DNA from: Firmicutes bacterium UBA3567
GTDB lineage: Bacteria > Bacillota > Thermosediminibacteria > Koleobacterales > UBA3567
Length of the DNA stretch: 38,644 bases
NCBI GenBank assembly: GCA_002376045.1
Contig: DFNM01000154.1
Location: 1-38,644 of the forward strand
Direction: 5' to 3'
Made by a program: the position numbers and the translations under genes. Positions 16,475-24,950 of the stretch are shown one piece after another; position 1 is the first letter of the stretch; every line of letters begins with the position of its first letter. The notes beneath the pieces were generated by a model that had not been told where the DNA came from, did no database searches, and saw only the letters and a program-made list of their open reading frames with translations.

Positions 16475-17752
16475 TTGACCCTATTAATATTGTTGCTGCT
16501 TATATTACTATTTTTGAATATGCCTATTGCTTTTGCTCTAACTACTGCTCCTACAGTGTACCTTCTTGTAACTGGTAAATTTCCACTGGATGTGCTGGTG
16601 CAGCAGATGTTTAATGGAGTAGATTCCTTTGTTTATCTAGCAGTACCTTTTTTTATACTTTCCGGAATGCTTATGACTCATGGGGGTATTTCACAAAGAT
16701 TAATTGATTTTAGTTCCCAACTTCTTAATCAATTAACTGGAGGATTAGCCATGGCAGTGTCGCTTGCGTCAATGATTTTTGCTTCTTTATCCGGTTCGGG
16801 TCCTGCAACTACAGCTGCTATTGGAGGAGCAACACTTCCGGCCCTGGAAGAACAGGGTTATGGGAAAGAGTGGTCTACTGCCTTATTAGCAGCTTCAGGA
16901 ACTATTGGTCCCATAATCCCTCCAAGTATTACTATGGTTATTTATGGTGGTATGGCTGAGACATCTATTGGAGCTCTTTTTTTGGCTGGAATAGTTCCAG
17001 GTATAATGGTAGGATTGGGTTTAATGGTAATTTCATATCTGCATGCAAAAAAAGTAGGGGTAAAGACTTATTCCAAACGAACCAATTTTAGTTCGATAAT
17101 TAAATCCTTTAAAAATAGTATATGGGCTATGGGAATGCCAATTATAATAATAGGGGGAATAATGGGAGGTATTTTTACTCCTACAGAGGCAGCAGTTATT
17201 AGTGTGGTTTATGCTTTATTTATTTGCTTTTTTGTTTATCGTTCACTAAAATTGAAAGACCTGCCACAAATTTTTAAGCAATCTATTATAACAACAGCAG
17301 TGGTAATGATTATTGTAGCAAATGCTACCAGCTTTTCCTGGTTGCTTACAGCCGAACAGGGGCCTCAAAAACTAATAATGCTTTTTAAACAAATAACGGC
17401 TAATAAGTATTTGATCCTTTTTATGATTAACTTTTTGTTGTTTGTTTTAGGATGTTTTATTGATACCACCTCAGCTCTGGTAATGACTGTTCCTACCCTT
17501 TTACCGTTGGCTCAATCCATTGGTGTGTCTAGCCTACATTTGGGCATAATTATGTGTACTAATTTGGTTATTGGAATGGCAACCCCCCCCTTGGGTTTAA
17601 CATTATTTACAGCCTGTTCTATCAGTAAAGTTCCAATTTCACGTATAATCAGGCCAATAATTCCCATGTTGGCAATTATGTTTTTGGTAACCCTTATAAT
17701 AACCTATATCCCACAGATTGCCTTGTTTTTACCAGAGTTGCTAATGAATTAA
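16475..17752 (+). CDS. dctM: TRAP transporter large permease
   Basis: LAVPFFIL, SGS, IIPPSI, GIFTPTEA, TPPLG motifs. Confidence 0.94.
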   Translation: MTLLILLLLILLFLNMPIAFALTTAPTVYLLVTGKFPLDVLVQQMFNGVDSFVYLAVPFFILSGMLMTHGGISQRLIDFSSQLLNQLTGGLAMAVSLASMIFASLSGSGPATTAAIGGATLPALEEQGYGKEWSTALLAASGTIGPIIPPSITMVIYGGMAETSIGALFLAGIVPGIMVGLGLMVISYLHAKKVGVKTYSKRTNFSSIIKSFKNSIWAMGMPIIIIGGIMGGIFTPTEAAVISVVYALFICFFVYRSLKLKDLPQIFKQSIITTAVVMIIVANATSFSWLLTAEQGPQKLIMLFKQITANKYLILFMINFLLFVLGCFIDTTSALVMTVPTLLPLAQSIGVSSLHLGIIMCTNLVIGMATPPLGLTLFTACSISKVPISRIIRPIIPMLAIMFLVTLIITYIPQIALFLPELLMN

Positions 17753-17897
17753 TTTTTCTCGCAACTACAAGTGTTCAGTTTTAACTGTAGTAGCGGCACG
17801 AGCTTCTGGATAGTTATTGATTGCGGGACAAGTGCCTCAGATGCTCACTAAAATTTCTGATGATTCCCCTGTTCTTCCCCAATTTAATTTATTGATT

Positions 17898-17925
17898 AAA
17901 AGCCCTTAAAAATAGGGGGTTTTTT
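17898..17925 (+). terminator. Putative Rho-independent terminator closing the catabolic cluster
   Basis: aaaagccctt-aaaaat-agggggtttttt, imperfect stem with T-tract. Confidence 0.55.
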
Positions 17926-17940
17926 GTTTGTTGGTAAAAA

Positions 17941-18642
17941 ATTTATGGTTTGATTCTATGAAAGAGGTTATCGAGTATTTGTGGGGGAAAAACAGGGAGC
18001 GAAAGCCTTCAAGGATTATACACCTAAAGGAAGAGAGAAAGTAATTGCAGCCTTTACATATTCACACATGCCCTATAAGATCGACAGAATAAACAGCGAC
18101 AGTGAACCTCCCAGCCTGGCAGAAATGACCCAAAAGGGAATTGAAACCCTATCAAGATACCCCAATGGTTTCTTTTTGATGGTAGAAGGTGGAAGAATAG
18201 ACCATGCCTGTCATACCAAAGATCCTACGGGAGTCATTTATGATACCCTGGCTTTCGATAAAGCTGTGGAAAAAGCCTATGAATTCTACAAAAAACACCC
18301 AGAGGAAACTCTAATCGTTTTTGTGGGTGACCATGAAACAGGTGGTATGGGATTGGGAATTGGAAAGAACTACTTCCTCAAGCTGAAAGAGGTATGGATA
18401 GTGTCGATCAATACATACAGCCAAACCCCAATTAATACGCTGATTATGACCCGGTAGCCATAGAAGTAACTCATATATTATCGAAGAGAGCCAATTTACA
18501 CTGAACCACCTATGCCCACTCTGCCACTGCCATCCCCATGTCTGCGATAGGTGTGGGTGCTTCCAACTTTAGCGGTTACAAAGACAATACAAAAATAGCG
18601 AAGACAATGGCGGAAGTTTTGAATTTTGACTTGAGCGAGTGA
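17941..18642 (+). pseudogene. Alkaline phosphatase remnant (C-terminal part only)
   Basis: GFFLMVEGGRIDHACH and GDHETGG; N-terminal half with the catalytic Ser is missing; after a frameshift and a TGA it continues TTYAHSATAIP...KDNTKIAK...LSE*. Confidence 0.85.
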
Positions 18643-18716
18643 AAACAGAGCAGGGATTTTCCCGGCTATTTTCTGATTTTACAATAAATTGGAAGGAATA
18701 ATGAGGTGTTGTAACA

Positions 18717-19390
18717 TGAAAAAAGCATTTAAAGTTCTTATTGTGCTTGTAATGATAGGAGTAGTTATGGGATTGTTTTGTTATAATGCCGGGAAAAACA
18801 TGGATAACAGTGTGTCGGAAGTTAAAGGGATTGTTTTGGAAATAGATGACTCCAATGTTATCGAAAGCGGAGTATCAAAAATAGGAAACCAGTTTCTGGT
18901 TGTCAGGATTCTGGCAGCCTTTGCAGGAACCCTGTGTGGGTTGTTTGTAACAATAGGTGTAACAATGTTTTTTGGCAATAAATTTGAGTTATACTGAATG
19001 ACGGCACCCTTTATAGGAACATTACTGTTCAGCGGTTATTCACATTTGAATATCAGAGAAATATTTTATGGATCTATTCTAATAGGAGCTTTGGGAGCTG
19101 CCATGGATATTGCTATGGATGTTGCTGCATCCATGGAAGAGATCAAACTGAAAAAACCTGATATAAAAATCACAGAATTGATTTAATCAGGATTTAATGT
19201 TGGGAGAGCGGTAATAGGAACAATGACCACTACCCTGTTGCTTACATATTCCGAAGGTTATTTGACCCTTTTAATGCTTTTTATGACAAAAAACTCCAGT
19301 TTCATAAGGAATAAATTTAAAACTGGTAGCAGCGGAAGTCATGAGGACACTGGTAGGAAGCATATGCCTAGTGCTGATAAAAGCACTGTG
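18717..19390 (+). pseudogene. YibE/F-family membrane protein remnant
   Basis: GALGAAMDIAMDVAASMEE and MTTTLLL motifs; in-frame stops at 18995 and 19184; later frameshift; apparent internal deletion. Confidence 0.72.
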
Positions 19391-19425
19391 CTCGTTGGGA
19401 ATGTAAGAAGGGTAAGGGGAATAAT

Positions 19426-20020
19426 AATGTCAAACCTTAAGTCAGATACTGTTTTTGATGAAGTTTCCAATTCGGAGTTTTTAAAGGGAAGGAACTGCAG
19501 TGAAAGATTTTTTCAGTGGCGACAGAATTGTAATAGGCAGTGATTCTGATAGAGCGACCCAAACCTTGAAGGCCCTGTATGCTCCCTTAAACACCAAAAT
19601 CCTGGTTATTGAACCTAAGAGTGCTGAAATGATCAAGTATGCTTCAAGTACCTTTTTGGCCCCAAGATATCCTTTATTAATGATATTTCAAATATATGTA
19701 AAGAGATGGGAGCAGATGTCAGAGAGGTTGCCAGGGGCGTAGGAATGCACAGCAGAATTGGAGACAAGTTTTTGAATGCAGGGGTGGGTTTCGGTGGAGG
19801 CCGTTTTCCCAAAGATTTAAAGGGGCTCATAAAGTAACTGAGAAAACAGGCTACAGCACACGGCTTATACAGCAGGCGCTGGAAGCCAATGATGCTAAAA
19901 AAATGAAACCCGTTGCCATTCTCCGCTGCAGATTCAGGGATTTAAAGGGCATCCATGTGGGGGTGCTGGGGCTTACCTTTAAACCCGGCATTGATAATAC
20001 AAGACAGACACCAGTCGTTA
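19426..20020 (+). pseudogene. UDP-glucose/GDP-mannose dehydrogenase remnant
   Basis: Fragments [43 protein letters not shown] (catalytic Cys lost) and GVLGLTFKPG across several frames. Confidence 0.85.
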
Positions 20021-20176
20021 ATATAATTCCACTATTTTCAGATTTTAGACCACAGCAGCTTCTGGTTAATTGTGTATAAGAATTTTGAAAATTTTGGGTA
20101 CGGGTCAAACCCTAATCAGCATAGGATATATAAAAGAAAGTTTTGTATATCCTCGTGTTCGGGTTGGAGGTTGATG

Positions 20177-20356
20177 ATGCCCTGTTTTATGTGTAATGGC
20201 AATGCTGACAATGGTATTATCCTTATGGGTAAACAGATATGTTGTTTGTGTGAGGAGGAAATTGTTTCTACAAGCATTTATAGTTACCGCTACTTTTATC
20301 ATCTGGAGAGGATAAAGGACTTATGGATGGAGTATTTAGAATCTGGTAAAAACTGA
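20177..20356 (+). CDS. csfB: Anti-sigma-G factor Gin/CsfB
   Basis: CxxC...GI...ICxxCE...Y pattern, ~59 aa, GGAGG at 20166; upstream of tmk as in Bacillus subtilis. Confidence 0.78.
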   Translation: MPCFMCNGNADNGIILMGKQICCLCEEEIVSTSIYSYRYFYHLERIKDLWMEYLESGKN

Positions 20357-20427
20357 AGATGCCCTTGTTTTTTTTTGTCCTTTTTCATGGTAAAATTGTA
20401 CCATAAAGCATCAGGAGGAGAATCAGA

Positions 20428-20673
20428 ATGTGGTGGATGCCTCACATGTTTGAAAATTTTAACTGGATATGGATCATTCCCCTGATAAACCTTTTAGTCT
20501 GGGGTGGTGGTCTGGTTCTGTTTGTTGTTTTGATTGTGAAGCTGATCAATAGGGATAGAAATAGAATGAATATCCGGAGAGAAACTCCCATGGATATATT
20601 GAAAAGACGTTATGCTGCGGGAGAAATCTCTCAGGACGAATACCTTAGAATAAAGAGAGAACTGGAAGAGTAG
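20428..20673 (+). CDS. Small membrane protein with SHOCT domain
   Basis: One TM helix followed by DILKRRYAAGEISQDEY; AGGAG RBS. Confidence 0.85.
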   Translation: MWWMPHMFENFNWIWIIPLINLLVWGGGLVLFVVLIVKLINRDRNRMNIRRETPMDILKRRYAAGEISQDEYLRIKRELEE

Positions 20674-20850
20674 TGTATCCTTTTTCCATACCCTGTAGGG
20701 CCTGCTACAGGGTTAAGTTTTACCTGCTTGTTTACAGACAGGTAACACAACCGATTCGGTTTTTTGTTCCAAATATGATATAATCAACTTGGAATGTTGT
20801 AAGCTTTAGATGAAAAGCGCCAGCTAATAATACAACTGGAGGATGGTTTG

Positions 20851-21489
20851 ATGAAGGGAAAGTTTATTACCTTTGAAGGTATCGATGGTTCGGGGAAAAC
20901 CTCCCAGATGGAAGCTGTAGTGGAATACCTAAGGAGTCGGGGTATTTTTCCAGTAATCACTAGAGAACCGGGAGGAACGAAAATAGGGGAAATAATCAGA
21001 GATGTTCTGCTGGATACCCGGAATAGGGAAATGCTACCAGAGACAGAAGCCCTGTTGTATGCGGCATCCAGGGCTCAACATGTTAAGGAGGTAATACTGC
21101 CCGCCCTGATGAAGGGGAAATGGGTTGTGTGTGATCGATTTCTTGATGCAAGCCTGGCATATCAGGGGGTTGCTCGAGACATTGGTATTCAAAGGATTAA
21201 TGAGATAAACCGTCTTGCAACAGGGGGTATAAAACCCCATTTAACCCTGCTGCTGGATGTGAAACCAGAGATGGCAGCGGAGAGAAAAGGTTTCCGGAAA
21301 AGCGATCGTTTGGAAAGGGAAGGATTAGCTTTCTATGAAAAGGTGAGACAGGGTTATTTGATGCTGGCGAAAGTTGAGCCGCAGCGCATAAAAGTAATTG
21401 ATGGTGGGAAAAGCTTTGAAATGGTTAAAGAAGAGATCACTAATGTATTGGAGGAGTTTTTAAGCAAGGCTGGAGGTCAGAAAAAATGA
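20851..21489 (+). CDS. tmk: Thymidylate kinase
   Basis: FITFEGIDGSGKT, TREPGGT, CDRF, AYQG. Confidence 0.96.
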   Translation: MKGKFITFEGIDGSGKTSQMEAVVEYLRSRGIFPVITREPGGTKIGEIIRDVLLDTRNREMLPETEALLYAASRAQHVKEVILPALMKGKWVVCDRFLDASLAYQGVARDIGIQRINEINRLATGGIKPHLTLLLDVKPEMAAERKGFRKSDRLEREGLAFYEKVRQGYLMLAKVEPQRIKVIDGGKSFEMVKEEITNVLEEFLSKAGGQKK

Positions 21490-21812
21490 AATTAATTCTG
21501 GCTATTGTTCAGGATCAGGATGCTCCCAAACTTATTGATCGACTCATGAAATCCAATTACGGGGTAACAAAGCTTGCATCGACCGGTGGATTTTTGAGAA
21601 GCGGTAACACTACTCTGATGATTGGGGTTGAAAAGGACAATACCGAAGATGTTATCGATATCATCAAGAGTGTGTGCCGCAGCCGCAAGGAGATGGTTAC
21701 CCCTTTGCCCATGGGAGGACCGGGAGATTCGTATGTGGGGTACCCTGTAGAAGTGACGGTTGGAGGAGCAACAGTATTTGTATTAAACGTGGAAAGGTTT
21801 GAAAAAGTTTAA
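21486..21812 (+). CDS. darA: c-di-AMP receptor, PII-like
   Basis: MKLILAIVQDQDA, TKLASTGGFLRSGNTT, VGGATVFV; follows tmk. Confidence 0.94.
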   Translation: MKLILAIVQDQDAPKLIDRLMKSNYGVTKLASTGGFLRSGNTTLMIGVEKDNTEDVIDIIKSVCRSRKEMVTPLPMGGPGDSYVGYPVEVTVGGATVFVLNVERFEKV

Positions 21813-21827
21813 AGGGAGAGGAATACT

Positions 21828-22265
21828 ATGAAGATTACCGAAATCTCTTCAAAGCTGCCTGGTGCAGTGGTTAAGGACAGGGAAAAAATTCAGGGAGAAG
21901 TGAACTTCTTAGAGACACTCGATGATGCCGCTGAATCTATACAAAAAGCAAACCTCAAAAAAATACTTGCTAATATTGATAGGCAGGGTATGGCTTTAAA
22001 ATCTTCTCCTACCCTTGAAAACCTTGTAAAATACAAAAAACTGGTAAAATTGTTTCTGGATGAAGCAGTTAAAACAGCATACATGAGATTTGAAGACAGG
22101 TCTTGGAACTACAGAGGAAGATACAAGATCTATGTTTTGATTAAAAAAACCAATTTGAAACTCATAGAGCTTACAGAAGCCGTTCTGGATAAAGAGCAAC
22201 CCAACATCAACCTGGTAGCAAAGCTCGATGAAATAAGGGGTCTTCTGATTGATCTGTATAGATAA
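21828..22265 (+). CDS. yaaR: YaaR/DUF327 family protein
   Basis: YKKLVKLFL and DEIRGLLIDL motifs; position between darA and holB. Confidence 0.88.
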   Translation: MKITEISSKLPGAVVKDREKIQGEVNFLETLDDAAESIQKANLKKILANIDRQGMALKSSPTLENLVKYKKLVKLFLDEAVKTAYMRFEDRSWNYRGRYKIYVLIKKTNLKLIELTEAVLDKEQPNINLVAKLDEIRGLLIDLYR

Positions 22266-22282
22266 ACAGGAGGATGTATGCA

Positions 22283-23299
22283 ATGGGATTTGATGAAATT
22301 GTGGGTCAATCCAGAGCAAAAAAATTTCTGATAAATTCTCTCAAAAAAAACAGGGTTGGTCATGCATATCTTTTTGTAGGGCCTGAAGGAACAGGAAAGA
22401 TGTTGACAGCTAGAACCTTCGCCATGGGGTTAAACTGCAGTGCCAATACAGCAGTAAAACCCTGTGACCGCTGTTTAAGCTGTAAAAGGATCCAGAAGGG
22501 AATTTATCCTGATATAAAAATCATAGAACCTCAGGGGAGTTCTATCAGGATAGAACAGATTCGGGAACTCCAACGGGAAGCTGTTACACGGCCTTATGAA
22601 GGAAGGAAAAAGGTGTTTATCATCGACCAGGGGGACAAAATGACTGTTGAAGCCGGAAACTGCCTGTTAAAGACCTTTGAAGAGCCCCCTGAATATGTTG
22701 TGATTATTATATTAACCATTAACGAAAACATGATCCTGCCAACCCTCCTTTCCAGGGCTCAAATTGTGACCTTTGATCCCTTACCACTGGGCGAAATAGA
22801 GAAATACCTTTACGATAGATTGAAGGGTTCTGATGACCACATCAAGCTGTATGCTGCCTTTTCCGAAGGAAGTATTGGAAGAGCCCTTCAAATAGCTGAA
22901 TCTGATGAATTTACCGAACTGCGGGAGGAAATCATAAAACTAATACAAAAAGTTTCATCATGCAGCATGAAAGATGTCTTCAAAATATCGGAAGCCCTTC
23001 AAAAAAAAGATATGGATATGAATAACCTTTTAGATTTCTTTTTGTATTGGTATAGAGATGTTCTCATTACCAAAACAGACAGCAGCTTTGCAGGTATCGT
23101 AAACTATGATAAAAAACAGGAACTGTTTGACGAAAGCCGGATTTTAGATTATTACAGCTTGTTAACAATATTAAAAACCATCCAGGACACCCAAAAAGCC
23201 CTTCAAGCTCAGGCTAACAAGGCCCTTACTCTGGATGTTATGCTGATGGAGATTAAGGGGGTATATGAAAATGTACACGGTAGTAGGGGTAAGATTTAA
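22283..23299 (+). CDS. holB: DNA polymerase III delta' subunit
   Basis: HAYLFVGPEGTGK, Zn finger C...PCDRCLSC, LLKTFEEPP, LPTLLSR; ATG 22283 fits AGGAGG at 22268 (22274 is the alternative). Confidence 0.95.
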   Translation: MGFDEIVGQSRAKKFLINSLKKNRVGHAYLFVGPEGTGKMLTARTFAMGLNCSANTAVKPCDRCLSCKRIQKGIYPDIKIIEPQGSSIRIEQIRELQREAVTRPYEGRKKVFIIDQGDKMTVEAGNCLLKTFEEPPEYVVIIILTINENMILPTLLSRAQIVTFDPLPLGEIEKYLYDRLKGSDDHIKLYAAFSEGSIGRALQIAESDEFTELREEIIKLIQKVSSCSMKDVFKISEALQKKDMDMNNLLDFFLYWYRDVLITKTDSSFAGIVNYDKKQELFDESRILDYYSLLTILKTIQDTQKALQAQANKALTLDVMLMEIKGVYENVHGSRGKI

Positions 23300-24089
23300 G
23301 AAAGCCGGTAAAATATATTATTTCGATCCTGATGATATTCCTTTACAAAAAGGTGATAATGTAATCGTTGAAACCGCTAGAGGCATTGAATTTGGAGAGG
23401 TTGTGGTTGGACCGAAAGAAGTAAAGGAAGAGGAAATAGTTCTTCCTCTCAAAAAAGTTATCAGGAAAGCGACAGCAAAAGACCAGCAGAAAGTCGAGGA
23501 AAACATGGAAAAGGCCAAAAAGGCCTCGGAAATATGTCTGGAAAAGATAAAAAAACACGGCCTGGAAATGAAGTTGGTTGATGTAGAATACACTTTTGAT
23601 AACAACAAAATCATATTTTATTTTACTGCCGATGGTAGAGTGGATTTTAGAGAACTAGTTAAAGACCTGGCATCTGTGTTCAGGACCAGGATAGAATTGA
23701 GGCAGATCGGTGTAAGGGATGAAGCGAAAATGATCGGTGGTTTGGGCCCTTGTGGGAGAGCCCTCTGCTGTAAAACTTTTTTGGGGGATTTCGATCCTGT
23801 ATCGATAAGAATGGCCAAAAAACAAAATCTGACGTTGAATCCATGCAAAATTTCAGGCCTGTGCGGCAGGCTTATGTGTTGTTTGAGGTTTGAATGCGAT
23901 ATGTATGAAGGTGTTAAAGAAGAACTTCCCCATGCTGGTTCAAAAGTTATTACAGATGAAGGCGCAGAGGAAGTGGAGAATGTAAACAGTGTTAAGGAGG
24001 ATATCTTGGTTAAATTTGATGAGGATGAAATCAAAGAATTAGCTGCAGAAGAGGATGATGAAACTGAAAAGCAAAAACAAAAGGATTGA
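23271..24089 (+). CDS. ricT: PSP1-domain protein RicT/YaaT
   Basis: VGVRFKKAGKIYYF, DGRVDFRELVKDLA, CGRALCC, CGRLMCC. Confidence 0.94.
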   Translation: MYTVVGVRFKKAGKIYYFDPDDIPLQKGDNVIVETARGIEFGEVVVGPKEVKEEEIVLPLKKVIRKATAKDQQKVEENMEKAKKASEICLEKIKKHGLEMKLVDVEYTFDNNKIIFYFTADGRVDFRELVKDLASVFRTRIELRQIGVRDEAKMIGGLGPCGRALCCKTFLGDFDPVSIRMAKKQNLTLNPCKISGLCGRLMCCLRFECDMYEGVKEELPHAGSKVITDEGAEEVENVNSVKEDILVKFDEDEIKELAAEEDDETEKQKQKD

Positions 24090-24114
24090 CTTTCAAATAA
24101 ATAGTGGTTATAAT
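24086..24114 (+). promoter_or_regulatory. Sigma-A promoter for the YugP-like gene
   Basis: TTGACT-17-TATAAT; the -35 overlaps the ricT TGA stop. Confidence 0.75.
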
Positions 24115-24143
24115 TTTCTTGAAAAACTGTAAAAATAAGCGAG

Positions 24144-24842
24144 GTGAAGAAGATGTTCTTTTGGGATTACACCATGGTTATAATATTACCCGCTCTGTTT
24201 CTCGCTATGTATGCTCAGACCAAGGTTCATGGGACATTTAACAAGTATTTAAGGGTTCCGGCCCAGAGCGGTTTGACAGGTGCTCAGGTGGCCAGGGCTC
24301 TTCTTGATAGATATAATTTACATGATGTCAGGATAGAAATGATTAACACCGGACAGCTTTCCGACCATTATGACCCCAGGAGCAAAACTCTGAGGTTATC
24401 GCCGGATGTGTATAACGGCAGAACCCTGGCATCCTTGGGTGTGGCTGCCCATGAAACGGGGCATGCCATTCAACACGATGTGGGCTATTTACCCCTTGCA
24501 TTGAGAAACTCCATAGTCCCTGTGGCAAATATCGGTTCACAGGCTGCTTTTCCCTTGTTCTTTTTGGGTTTTCTGTTTGGCTCCGAGAACATGATGTATA
24601 TAGGCATATTTGCTTTTGCCGCAGCGGTGCTTTTCCAGATTATTACACTACCTGTGGAGTTTAATGCCAGCAACAGAGCCATTGAAGCCCTGGAATCAGA
24701 GGGCTTTATCACAAGAAGCGAAGTCGTTCCTGTCAAGAAAGTGCTCTCAGCAGCAGCCCTCACGTATGTTGCAGCCACTTTGATGGCGGTGCTGCAGCTT
24801 GTAAGACTTCTGGTTTTGGCTGGGATGAGAAGAGATGAATGA
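24144..24842 (+). CDS. YugP-like membrane zinc metallopeptidase
   Basis: LSDHYDP, AAHETGHAIQ (HExxH), TLPVEFNAS, AAALTYVA. Confidence 0.92.
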   Translation: MKKMFFWDYTMVIILPALFLAMYAQTKVHGTFNKYLRVPAQSGLTGAQVARALLDRYNLHDVRIEMINTGQLSDHYDPRSKTLRLSPDVYNGRTLASLGVAAHETGHAIQHDVGYLPLALRNSIVPVANIGSQAAFPLFFLGFLFGSENMMYIGIFAFAAAVLFQIITLPVEFNASNRAIEALESEGFITRSEVVPVKKVLSAAALTYVAATLMAVLQLVRLLVLAGMRRDE

Positions 24843-24870
24843 AATGGCCCTTGAAGGGCCAATTTTTTTT
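24843..24870 (+). terminator. Rho-independent terminator
   Basis: tggccctt-g-aagggcca followed by a T-tract. Confidence 0.75.
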
Positions 24871-24950
24871 AATACAGAGGCAGAATGGATGCTTTTTAAT
24901 AAAGGAAAACAGGGAAATAAGAAGAATACCATAAAAAAGGGGGTGTTTTG

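Noticed and set aside
18470-19200. In-frame TGA codons as selenocysteine or programmed readthrough
   Set aside because: They replace Trp/Gly-type positions and occur together with a TAA, frameshifts and deletions; decay is the simpler explanation.
20070-20150. Sigma-F promoter for csfB
   Set aside because: GTATA/GCATA-like -35 elements are present but I could not find a correctly spaced -10.
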